A stretch of DNA of 64,000 bases from Gemmatimonadaceae bacterium (GTDB lineage Bacteria; Gemmatimonadota; Gemmatimonadetes; Gemmatimonadales; Gemmatimonadaceae). Both the position numbers and the translations under genes were made by a program. The notes beneath the pieces are model-generated. The model worked only from the letters and a program-made list of their open reading frames with translations. It had not been told where the DNA came from and did not search any database. Location: NCBI GenBank assembly GCA_947457545.1, contig CANGXD010000005.1, positions 5,552 through 69,551 of the forward strand, read 5' to 3'. Of the stretch, positions 47,783 to 56,746 are shown in pieces. Every line of letters starts with the position of its first letter. Within the stretch, counting starts at the first letter, position 1.

Positions 47783-50692
47783 TCAGTTAAGGGCCCAACG
47801 AATCGTGAAGATTCGTTGGAGAGTGTTTCGCTGTTCAAGCTGACGCTCGATGCCGGCGATCATCTCGTCGCGCCGAGCGGCTATTGCGTCCTGCGCGTCG
47901 AAGAGGTCTCGCCGTTTTGCAGCGCGCGTTCCTTCGAGGCCTTTGAGTGCCCTCTGGGCCGCAAGCTTGTCCGCGAGCGCCCCGGAGGCCAGGCTAGCGC
48001 GACGTGCCTCGGAAATCTGCCTATCCAACTCCTTCAGCTCACGTTCGAGTCCGGAGCGGAGGTCATCGGCCCAGCGTTCCAGTTTCGCTACCTCTTCATC
48101 GAAGTGCCGCCCGTTGCGCGCGTTCACCTCGCCCAACAGTTCCTCTACCCGTCGTTCCCGAAGAGCCGACAAGCTCCCCGTCGCCACCGCGCTGCACATC
48201 GACTGAGAGGCGTGTCCACGCAATGACAAGAGCTTGCGACAGAGTTCGTCGTCCAGTGACCCTCCATCGTCGGTCTCACCAGCCAATACCAAAAACTCCT
48301 CCGTATCGAGCGACGCCACAGTGAGACGGGAAAGCTCTAGCCATCCGCTTTGCCCAACCAACGGCTCAAGCGCGCGTACTACGCCGCCATGGCCGCTGTA
48401 GTCGAACGCCATGTCGCCCACGCCTAGCTCCCGCGTTGCTGCAAGCTCGATTAGGTGCTGTGCAAGTTCGTGATCGGGGCGAAAGAAGACGTCACCGAGC
48501 TGTTCTGCCTCACGCCAGTCAAGATGGTAGTGTCCTTTGCGCGCCAGCGGCCCCGTGTACTCGAACCGTGGGCGGTCGACCTCAAAGCTTGCATCTCCAT
48601 CCAGTTCTTGGCGCGTGAGCGCGAGCAGCCACTGTTGCCGCTCAGTGAGTGCAGAGAGTGCTTGATCGCGGTGGATTTTGAGCCTTGCGTGGACTTCCTC
48701 ATCGAAGTTGTCGAGAAGCGCCTGACGGGTGTCCGTCATCCTCGCCGCGATCTGATCATCAAGGTCGCGCTGCAATCGATCAAAAGCGGCCTGAATCTCC
48801 TCGGTCGTGCGGCACTCCTGGTAGACCTGCGCGATTCGTCGCTCGATGTCTACGCCCGACTCGAGCGCGCCGAGCACCTCGTCGCTCGCCCCGAAGACCC
48901 CGTCGAACAGGCGGAACTTCTGCGCGAGCAGCTCATAGACACGTTGATCGGCGGCGTTCCGCTTGTTCAGGAAGTTGACAACAACCACGTCGTGTCGCTG
49001 CCCGTATCGGTGGCAGCGACCAATGCGCTGCTCGATACGTTGCGGGTTCCACGGCAGGTCGAAGTTGATCACGAGTGAGCAGAACTGCAGATTCACGCCC
49101 TCCGCCGCGCTCTCAGTCGCAATGAGGATGGTTGCGCGGTCACGGAACTCCTCGATGATGGCCGCCTTGGTGTCGGCCGTTCGAGAGCCCGATGCCAAGC
49201 CGGTGCCGGCATGCCGACCGAGCCACTCCTCGTAGATAGCTCGCGATTCTGGGTCCGAGTTCGTGCCGTTCATCTGCACGAGCTCTCCCGCGTATCCATG
49301 GCTGGATAGCAGCTCCAAGAGATAGCGCTGCGTACGGCGCGATTCGGTGAAGATCACCGCCTTCCTTGCGGCGCCGAGGGCGTCAGCCTGCGCGAATGCC
49401 GTCTTGAGCACGTCGAGTAGCGCCGCGCCCTTGGCGTTGGCGCCGATGCCCTCCGCGAGCTCCGCGTACCGCCGGAGCTCCACCAACTCCTCGGTAGCCA
49501 GCGCCCCTGCATCGGGCGTTGCGCGGGCGCCGAAGGGGGAGGGAGTGGACAACCGCGGATTCTCTTCACCGTCTGCCCACTCATCCGCGAGTTCATCGAG
49601 CACATCGAAGTCGTCGACTCCGACTCCGATATCGTCCCCGACGGAAGCGAGGTCACCCGCACCGGGCTGCGTTCGTTGGCTTCTCTCCAAGTGCTCCAGT
49701 CGACCAACCAGCTTTCTGAGCGTACCGGCAATCGCAAACGTTGATGATGCTAGCAACTTGCGAAGCACCAGGGTCATGAGCGTACGCTGGCTGGCAGGTA
49801 GCGCCGCCAGATTCTCCCTTTGGAGGTACGCTGATACGAGCTCATACAAGCGATGCTCGTCGTCGCCCGGAACGAACTCCTGCGTGATGGGCACCCGCTG
49901 GGTAAAGCGGATGTACTCCAACACCTGCTTGCGCAGCGTGCGGGTACAGAGTGGTTGGATTCTTCGCTGAAGCTGCCGATTCCGTTCCCTTTCGTCCAAC
50001 CCACCCCGCATGAATTGCTCGCGGAACGAGGCCACATCACCGAAGACGTGCGGGTCGATCACACTCACTAGACCATAGAGCTCCAGCAGGGAATTCTGGA
50101 GCGGTGTCGCAGTGAGCAGTAGCTTTGGCGCGTGAGCAGTCGCGTCGGCCACGGTGGCCGCCATACGGCTCGAAGGCTTGTACACGTTTCGCAGCCGGTG
50201 TGCCTCGTCTATGACGACGATGTCCCATGGCACGCTTGCCACCTCGGCAGCTTTCGCGGCGGCAAACTGATATGAGCAGAGGATCAGCTGACCGAACTGA
50301 TCGAATGGATTGAGCTTCCCCGACTTCCGGGCGGCATTGAATGACGCACTCTCGAGGATGACAGAGGGAAGCCCAAACTTTTCGGCCAGCTCCTGTTGCC
50401 ACTGCTTACGAAGCGTGGCGGGGAGAACGAGCAGAATGCGACGCCGCCGTTCGGCCCATCGCTGGGCTAGGACGATCCCGGCCTCAACGGTTTTCCCGAG
50501 CCCCACTTCATCGGCGAGGATCACGCCCTTCGAGAGAGGTGAGCGGATCGCGAAGAGCGCCGCATCCACCTGGTGGGGATTCAGGTCGACGCGCGCATTC
50601 GCCAATGAGAGGGAGAGGCTCTCCAGGGAGCCCCCGGGTCCCTTCAGCGTGAGGGCGTGCGCCCAGTATTGGCTGTGGTACGGGGTACTCAT
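47783..50692 (-). CDS. SNF2-family helicase/ATPase with coiled-coil C-terminus
   Basis: ILADEVGLGKT, IDEAHRL, LLTATPLQN, EGVNLQ, DLPWNPQRIEQRIGRCHR; 13 bp from mod. Confidence 0.93.
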   Translation of the reverse strand: MSTPYHSQYWAHALTLKGPGGSLESLSLSLANARVDLNPHQVDAALFAIRSPLSKGVILADEVGLGKTVEAGIVLAQRWAERRRRILLVLPATLRKQWQQELAEKFGLPSVILESASFNAARKSGKLNPFDQFGQLILCSYQFAAAKAAEVASVPWDIVVIDEAHRLRNVYKPSSRMAATVADATAHAPKLLLTATPLQNSLLELYGLVSVIDPHVFGDVASFREQFMRGGLDERERNRQLQRRIQPLCTRTLRKQVLEYIRFTQRVPITQEFVPGDDEHRLYELVSAYLQRENLAALPASQRTLMTLVLRKLLASSTFAIAGTLRKLVGRLEHLERSQRTQPGAGDLASVGDDIGVGVDDFDVLDELADEWADGEENPRLSTPSPFGARATPDAGALATEELVELRRYAELAEGIGANAKGAALLDVLKTAFAQADALGAARKAVIFTESRRTQRYLLELLSSHGYAGELVQMNGTNSDPESRAIYEEWLGRHAGTGLASGSRTADTKAAIIEEFRDRATILIATESAAEGVNLQFCSLVINFDLPWNPQRIEQRIGRCHRYGQRHDVVVVNFLNKRNAADQRVYELLAQKFRLFDGVFGASDEVLGALESGVDIERRIAQVYQECRTTEEIQAAFDRLQRDLDDQIAARMTDTRQALLDNFDEEVHARLKIHRDQALSALTERQQWLLALTRQELDGDASFEVDRPRFEYTGPLARKGHYHLDWREAEQLGDVFFRPDHELAQHLIELAATRELGVGDMAFDYSGHGGVVRALEPLVGQSGWLELSRLTVASLDTEEFLVLAGETDDGGSLDDELCRKLLSLRGHASQSMCSAVATGSLSALRERRVEELLGEVNARNGRHFDEEVAKLERWADDLRSGLERELKELDRQISEARRASLASGALADKLAAQRALKGLEGTRAAKRRDLFDAQDAIAARRDEMIAGIERQLEQRNTLQRIFTIRWALN

Positions 50693-51192
50693 TCTACCGA
50701 CAATCGGAGCGACCTAACCGAGACGGTCTTCTTGCGAGGGGTCGGGGCATTGGACCTCGAGCTGAACACGGAATGAAGGGGTGCCCTAAGGCTTACGTCT
50801 TAATGTGCCCCCCCGGACTGACAGACGGGAGTAGCCCCTTCCCCGCCCCCAATCTGGCTGTTTCGGCCTGCGACCTCCTCGGTTGGTCGAATCCGGATAG
50901 TCCGTTCCCCTTGGAGGGTAATGGGGTGAGCGAGCAACTCAGAAGCGATCCATTTCGCTGGCATTCACGAATTATCCGGACAGAGCATTGACTGTCATCC
51001 GCACGGTACCGAGAGATCCGGATTGCCTTTAACACCCACAGCGACTTGCGCTTCAATCGACATTCGGCGCCTCGAGTCCGGATTTGCCCTCGGATTGCCG
51101 GATCGCGGGTTCGCCCACCCCCTTTACATCCGCCGAACCGATCACGTGCACGCGGGCACTAGACTGGCCGCAACCCTAAAGATGCGTGGACC

Positions 51193-51528
51193 ATGTCTCA
51201 CAAACAGACCAGTCGGCAGCGGCTGTCGAATCAGCAGCTCGAGCAACTACTGCGGCAGCGGATCGCGGCGGGCCAACCGGTGGACACGAAGAGCATTCAT
51301 GATCTGGGTGTCGCGGGCGGCAGGTGCCGGGTGAGCCGACTGCGGCGCCGACTCCTGACCGCTCATTCGCTGTCGCCCCAGCAGCCCGCCAGCCCGCCTC
51401 TCTCGTCTCCCCCGTCTCCCCGAATGCCCCGCCGCTCTGCGGCGCGGTCGGCTCTCCATTTCGTGACTGCATTCCTCCGCCGGGGAATGGTCCCTATGGC
51501 GGCGGTCCGGAGTGGGGACCGCAGCTAG
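51193..51528 (+). CDS. Hypothetical basic protein, possibly DNA-binding
   Basis: ORF with a helical, Arg-rich N-terminus; no family recognised. Confidence 0.4.
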   Translation: MSHKQTSRQRLSNQQLEQLLRQRIAAGQPVDTKSIHDLGVAGGRCRVSRLRRRLLTAHSLSPQQPASPPLSSPPSPRMPRRSAARSALHFVTAFLRRGMVPMAAVRSGDRS

Positions 51529-51593
51529 GCCAGCAGCGGGACTAGGCTGGTGTCACCAGTCCCGCGGACTGGCAACCATAACCGGGAGTTCCA

Positions 51594-52007
51594 ATGCAGG
51601 TGATTCAGCGCTTGGTCACGGTGTTCGCGAGGTTCTTCGGCATTCACCCGCGTTCGACTGCGACGACGGTGATCGCGCAATCAGCCCCCACGTTGACCGT
51701 TGAAAAGTGCGCAGTGGCGGTTGTTGGTGGTGGGCGCCGACCGGCGAGGCTGCGCGGCAAGCCGGTTCGTCTGACCTGCTCGTGGCAGGTGGCTGAGCAC
51801 CACGACAGCGCCGTTGTGTTGCGCCGCAACGGTGAAGTACCCGCTGACGTTGATGGCGTCCTCAAGTCGACGGCGGCGAGGATCAAAAAGGTCGGGGCGG
51901 GTCGCCGCCCAGAGAACCTGGAGGGGCTCACCGTACGCGTGACGACCACGTGGACGGTGCGGGAGGACCGAGGCGACGTGGTGCTGTTGCAGCTGATCAC
52001 TGACTGA
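51594..52007 (+). CDS. Hypothetical protein (137 aa)
   Basis: GGGAG RBS before ATG 51594; beta-rich C-terminus; no family recognised. Confidence 0.55.
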   Translation: MQVIQRLVTVFARFFGIHPRSTATTVIAQSAPTLTVEKCAVAVVGGGRRPARLRGKPVRLTCSWQVAEHHDSAVVLRRNGEVPADVDGVLKSTAARIKKVGAGRRPENLEGLTVRVTTTWTVREDRGDVVLLQLITD

Positions 52008-52318
52008 CCCGACTGCGCATTACTGCCGTTGATGCCATCGCTTCGCTGAACCGTGTGCCTCGCGGCTTAGTCGCTTCATACCGGACATTCATGAAGCACG
52101 GTCCCCACTATGCACGCGCACATGGCCACTGGTCGGCGTCAGGCCGAGCGCGATTAAACACCGTGGATCGTTGTCCTCGTGGAGACCCCGGCTAACATGC
52201 GCGCCGCTGGCAGCGCGGCGGACAGGTAAGCCGGCATGCCGGGGCCCACCGTCGACCTACACCTCGTTGTATAGTCGCGCCGAGTTTTCGGCTCTCCTCG
52301 ACGACCTGTGGCGCGAAG

Positions 52319-52364
52319 TGAGTTCACCCCTGTCTCACAGGCCAGTGAGACAGGGGTGAACTCA
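52319..52364. repeat. 46-bp near-perfect palindrome
   Basis: TGAGTTCACCCCTGTCTCAC-A-GGCC-A-GTGAGACAGGGGTGAACTCA; only one mismatched pair. Confidence 0.92.
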
Positions 52365-52386
52365 AGAGCACCTGCCGCCGGCTCCC

Positions 52387-53163
52387 TTACACGGCGCGCT
52401 TCCGCGAGCGGGCGCGGGTGGTCGGCATCGCCTGCCTGGTCCGACTGGTGACCGTCAGCTCGAGTTCGGTGACCCGGCGCGCGAGCGCATCACACGTCGC
52501 ATTCAGGGCGTCCACGATCTCGGTGAAGGCCCGCAGTGCATCAACCTTGTGGGACAACGACTCCACGTCGCGCTTGATCTCGTCGACATCGTCGGAGTCC
52601 ACGCGATTGCCGCTGCCCTCCAGCTCGTCCACGCGCGCTTCGAGCTGCTCGAACTCATCGCGATCCGGGACGTTCTCCCACCGCAAATGTGTCTGGATAT
52701 GGCCTTCCAGATCGTCCTCGCAGAAGGACTCCATGGCCCGCGAGACGGCTTCTTCAACGTCATTCTCGACCGCATGCTCAACGGCGGCATCGACACGACT
52801 CTGGATATTTGCCTCGAGCTCGGGCGTCAAAGCCGCATTTGCGCGCCCGTCCGCGCAGGCCGCGGCTTTCTCGGGCTTCCCGTCATTGGAGTCGTCCATC
52901 ACGGCGCCGTTGTCTGCCCTGTCGGCCGGTGCCCCGCACGGGGACATGGGCGTGAGGGCGGGCGTGAGCGCGACCGCGGCCATGGCCCTTGGGGCGGGCA
53001 CGAGCGCTGGCGTGCCCTGAATGCTCGTCAGCTCGGGCTTGACGACCAACGCGTCTTCGGACTTAGGAAACAAGAACTGGAACCTGGCCGCCACACCGTC
53101 GGTCCTGGTGTGCTGGGGCGCCGCCCTGATAGCGACGGTGAACGTGATACAACTGAAATTCAT
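52387..53163 (-). CDS. Hypothetical acidic coiled-coil protein
   Basis: GGAGG RBS before ATG 53163; heptads FEQLEARVDELE...IKRDVESLSHKVDAL; basic tail. Confidence 0.65.
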   Translation of the reverse strand: MNFSCITFTVAIRAAPQHTRTDGVAARFQFLFPKSEDALVVKPELTSIQGTPALVPAPRAMAAVALTPALTPMSPCGAPADRADNGAVMDDSNDGKPEKAAACADGRANAALTPELEANIQSRVDAAVEHAVENDVEEAVSRAMESFCEDDLEGHIQTHLRWENVPDRDEFEQLEARVDELEGSGNRVDSDDVDEIKRDVESLSHKVDALRAFTEIVDALNATCDALARRVTELELTVTSRTRQAMPTTRARSRKRAV

Positions 53164-53536
53164 GGATGCCTCCGGCATCTCGGGGTAAAAGAAGACGGGC
53201 GGACCCTCCGACCATCTAAGACAGAGTGTACAGGGCCTGTAGGGGTCAGAACGCACCTCCTGACTCCCCGGCGGGGCTTGACGGCAGGTATTCAGCTGGG
53301 CTAAGCGCGAAGACGCCTTTCGACGCACGGGACGCCCATGAAGTCCACGCGCCGCCTGCGCTCTCTGCCCTCTAATACCCGTGCCGCAACTGGTGACGGC
53401 CCGTTCCGGAGTTCTGTGCAGAACGTACGCCGACTCGCCTTGGCCTAGGGCGCGCGCAACGAGCGACACCAATGCGGCGAGCCAGTCGTCCGACGCTCCT
53501 AACCGAGTCCGGGCGGTGTCCGGTTTTGGCGGTACA

Positions 53537-53905
53537 TCAACCGCGACGGCGCCGGTTCAGTGCTGCCCGGCACGTGACGCACAGTCGCGCCTGACGGCCC
53601 GTGACGGTACGCCCCAAGGAGCTTCCGCATGGGTCATCGCCCACCTCGCCGATCCCTGGACACACTTGCTCCCCGGCTGCCCCCTGGGCACGGCGACGAT
53701 AAGGCCCGAGGTTCGCCGCGCGGTCGAATCCGAGTAGTTGGTACTGACGCCACCATTCCTCGAAAGGCGCGCGCGGGTAGTGGCGAATACCTCGCACGAA
53801 CGAGAAACCGACGCACGCTGCGTCGAGAACGCGCCGGAGATGGCGGACGCTGAGGCCAGTGTAGCAGGCAGCCTGTCGGAGGTTGTACGAAGAATCGTGA
53901 GGCAT
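53537..53905 (-). CDS. Excisionase-like HTH DNA-binding protein
   Basis: YNLRQAACYTGLSVRHLRRVL...RHYPRAPFEEWW; divergent from the large recombinase. Confidence 0.6.
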   Translation of the reverse strand: MPHDSSYNLRQAACYTGLSVRHLRRVLDAACVGFSFVRGIRHYPRAPFEEWWRQYQLLGFDRAANLGPYRRRAQGAAGEQVCPGIGEVGDDPCGSSLGRTVTGRQARLCVTCRAALNRRRRG

Positions 53906-54011
53906 GCGCGAGCGTCGCGGTGCCTGCACGCTCACCACAACCCCGTTACTGCCGATGCTGCTCCCTCCCATACCGCCTGTACCACCGCCCGCACGCAGCG
54001 AACTCCATAAG

Positions 54012-54170
54012 TGTCATCGAGTTGCCGCAAATGTCACCGAACGTCAGCGTGGCCACCCGTCGAATTACGGGTCGGCGAGTTCGCATACCGCCAATGATAT
54101 GCCACACACCGCGCCCGTAATTCGGACGCAAAACGCCGCAGCAACACCATGTGTCACCGAATGTCAGCGA
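54012..54170. repeat. Composite site: TGTCA(C/G/T)CG direct repeats flanking an 11-bp inverted repeat
   Basis: TGTCACCGAAYGTCAGCG at 54032 and 54152 (120 bp apart), TGTCATCGA at 54012, and CGAATTACGGG (54061-54071) / CCCGTAATTCG (54114-54124). Confidence 0.8.
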
Positions 54171-54205
54171 ACCATCGGTAACAACCATCGCCGCTTGAGG
54201 CCCCC

Positions 54206-56572
54206 ATGAAGCCACTGCTCGATTGCACGGCGGTCATCACCCGCCAGCAGCTGTTCGACGCGCTCACCGGCGGCGTCTCGCCGTCATACGCTCGCAAGCT
54301 CAAGTCGTTGGTTGGCCGCGCGCTCGACGCCTCGGAGTGTGCTGACGGCAGTACGCGAGATATCCGCCTGCTGCTGACATATCTCGACCGCCTCGAGTCC
54401 ACCCGTGCTGTCGCGCCCGACGCCCCCGCCGCATGCAGGAAGATCCGTGCGCTGGTGCTGGGAAGAACAGGCGCAGAGCGCTTGGTGCTGCCGAACAAGA
54501 ACACGGTGCTGTCCGATGCGTGGACCGCATTACTATCGTACGGCGGTAGAGACGACAAGCGACGCAACCCAAGCCGACTCCAAGCGCTCGCGCGTGCTGT
54601 GGACGCGGCCGGCGGCGGTGAAGACGCCCCTGCGGTGCTGCCCAGTGATGAGGCCATTTACGCGAGTGCCGCGCAGATTGGGCTTTCCGAAAAGACCGTT
54701 CTTAACGCCATTCGCATTTATCGGCGCTTGCGTAAATGCGCCATCGAGGTCGACGAACGTAATCGCTACCGATTCGCGGTGCTTGATGACCGCCGTTGCA
54801 TACGTGGACGAAACGCACTCGCCGCGCTCCGTAAGAGCGGCGACTCGGAAGTCACCGATGCCATGGGGGCGATTGCCCGGCTGGCCCCGCGCTTTCACGC
54901 ACAACTGCTCAAGTACCAGTCGCATCCGCTCGTGAAGGGCAAGGCACACCTCGCCTCGACGGTGGAAGCCAACATTGCGGCCTCCTCACGCCTCGTCGGA
55001 GCGCTCTACCGTTACGCGCCCGACCGTCTACCAGCGTTCTCCATCAAGCACCTCTGGAAAGACATCGTGCGGATGGACCCCGACCAGCTCGAAGTGGAGG
55101 AGTGGGATGAGGTCCCCGACGCGGGAAGCGCGGTGTGCCTTGCCCATTGGGTTGTGGCCATGACGGCCCCGGAGATCCGTACCAAGTGCGCGCCTGGCCT
55201 CGACAGCGGGTACGTCTCGATGGTGAAAGCAGATCTCAAGTGCTGGTACTCGCTGACGGAGTGGGCGCACGGTACCAAGATGCGCGCCGTGGCGCCCGAG
55301 GAGTGGAAGTCATGGCGCGCGCGGTACACCTCCCTGCGACAGCACGTTACGGAGAATTTGATTCCCAGAGATCTGCTGCTGCATAGCAAGGATAAAGAAA
55401 CGATTGTAAACACCTTCAACTTGGCGCACATGTACTGCGTCATTCTCCCCACGCTGTTCCGCGAGGCGGAGCGGCTGCTCGACCGGTTGGATCTGGAGAT
55501 CGCCGCGGCCAAGAAGGCTGGCCGCGATGTGTCCGCGACACAGCGCGACCTGCCAGCAGGAGTGTACCAAGCGCTGTGTGCATTTGAGGAGCGGGCTGAG
55601 CCCGCACTGGCGCTGGCGTTCATGTTTTTCGACGGTATGCGGTCGGTGCAGTATCGGTTGGGCCGCTACGGCATCAACATCACGCCCGACATCGACTCGG
55701 ACACGGGGGCGTGGTTCGGCGTCAAGACACGTTGGTACGGCAAGCGCATGGCCACCGCACGCGTGAAGCAGGGCAAGGATCGGGCGCGTCAGCTTGGCGT
55801 CGCGCATATCTCGATGCGCGTGTTGCGGGGCTTCGTTGAGCATGTACGTTCGCGACGCCTCGTTGCGGCCGGCGTCCCCCTGGCCGCCGCCACCGCACCC
55901 AACGGGCAATTTGCGCTGTTCGTGTCGACGACGAACGCGCCAGAGGCGTGGTCGGACACGCACTATCAGCGAAGGCTTGTCGGCGCGGCGCTGTATCGGG
56001 TCGCAACGGAACTGCTCGGTCGTCAGTTCGGCGAGGAAGCCGATTATGAGGCGTTCGACCGCAAGCGGTTCTGCGGCGTGCTCGGCACCCACGCCTCGCG
56101 GTACGTCATCGCGACAGGGTGCGCGGTGCTGCTCGACGACGACATGCAGCTGGCGGCGACGTTGACCAGCGATGACATCGACACGCTGCGTGAATCGTAT
56201 GTGGTGTCGTCGTGGCTTCCAGAGGGACGCATCGGAACATGGGAAAACGCGGAAAGCTATCGCCCTTGGCTGGAGAAGATGGTGCGTCCGGGCGCGTCCG
56301 AGCATCCGCTCGACATGATGCCGACTGCGCTGCTGCCACCTGCAATCCGTACGCTGTTCGCGAAGTGGGCTGCGGAAGATCGGGAGATGCAACGACGTAT
56401 CGCCCGCAGCACGACGGGGAGCCCGTCAGGACGGGTGCGCCGGGCACGGCCCGATGTGGCGGAACGCAATCGCGCGGCGGCGCGCGAGCGGGCGGAGGCA
56501 CGTGCACGAGAGAGTACGACGGAAGTGGAATTGCACGAACAGCGCGATCACGCGAACAGAAGGGCCGCGTAA
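54206..56572 (+). CDS. Large (788 aa) atypical tyrosine-recombinase-fold protein
   Basis: LALAFMFFDGMR (R479), RVKQGK, THASR (H629-x-x-R632) and LTSDDIDTLRESY (Y665) in catalytic order and plausible spacing; ~470-aa unknown N-terminus. Confidence 0.7.
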   Translation: MKPLLDCTAVITRQQLFDALTGGVSPSYARKLKSLVGRALDASECADGSTRDIRLLLTYLDRLESTRAVAPDAPAACRKIRALVLGRTGAERLVLPNKNTVLSDAWTALLSYGGRDDKRRNPSRLQALARAVDAAGGGEDAPAVLPSDEAIYASAAQIGLSEKTVLNAIRIYRRLRKCAIEVDERNRYRFAVLDDRRCIRGRNALAALRKSGDSEVTDAMGAIARLAPRFHAQLLKYQSHPLVKGKAHLASTVEANIAASSRLVGALYRYAPDRLPAFSIKHLWKDIVRMDPDQLEVEEWDEVPDAGSAVCLAHWVVAMTAPEIRTKCAPGLDSGYVSMVKADLKCWYSLTEWAHGTKMRAVAPEEWKSWRARYTSLRQHVTENLIPRDLLLHSKDKETIVNTFNLAHMYCVILPTLFREAERLLDRLDLEIAAAKKAGRDVSATQRDLPAGVYQALCAFEERAEPALALAFMFFDGMRSVQYRLGRYGINITPDIDSDTGAWFGVKTRWYGKRMATARVKQGKDRARQLGVAHISMRVLRGFVEHVRSRRLVAAGVPLAAATAPNGQFALFVSTTNAPEAWSDTHYQRRLVGAALYRVATELLGRQFGEEADYEAFDRKRFCGVLGTHASRYVIATGCAVLLDDDMQLAATLTSDDIDTLRESYVVSSWLPEGRIGTWENAESYRPWLEKMVRPGASEHPLDMMPTALLPPAIRTLFAKWAAEDREMQRRIARSTTGSPSGRVRRARPDVAERNRAAARERAEARARESTTEVELHEQRDHANRRAA

Positions 56573-56746
56573 TCACTGTGGGGCGCACACGGCTCCCCCC
56601 GCGTGCGCGCCCCACCCTGCGATGCGCCGGTGCACGAACGCACGCGGCGCATAGGCGCAGAGCGACGACCGACAAACACACCACCGGTCCGCTACGCTTT
56701 GCAGAACGACGCACTCGCGTCGTGTCTCTTCACACTCGGAGGAGTC

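Noticed and set aside
43334-50692. BREX or DISARM system
   Set aside because: No PglZ, BrxC, DUF1998 or PLD genes recognised; Mod and Res motifs fit type III RM.
53164-53340. Riboswitch in the leader of the coiled-coil gene
   Set aside because: A few hairpins are present (e.g. GCGTC-GAAA-GGCGT on the minus strand), but I cannot match them to any known riboswitch consensus.
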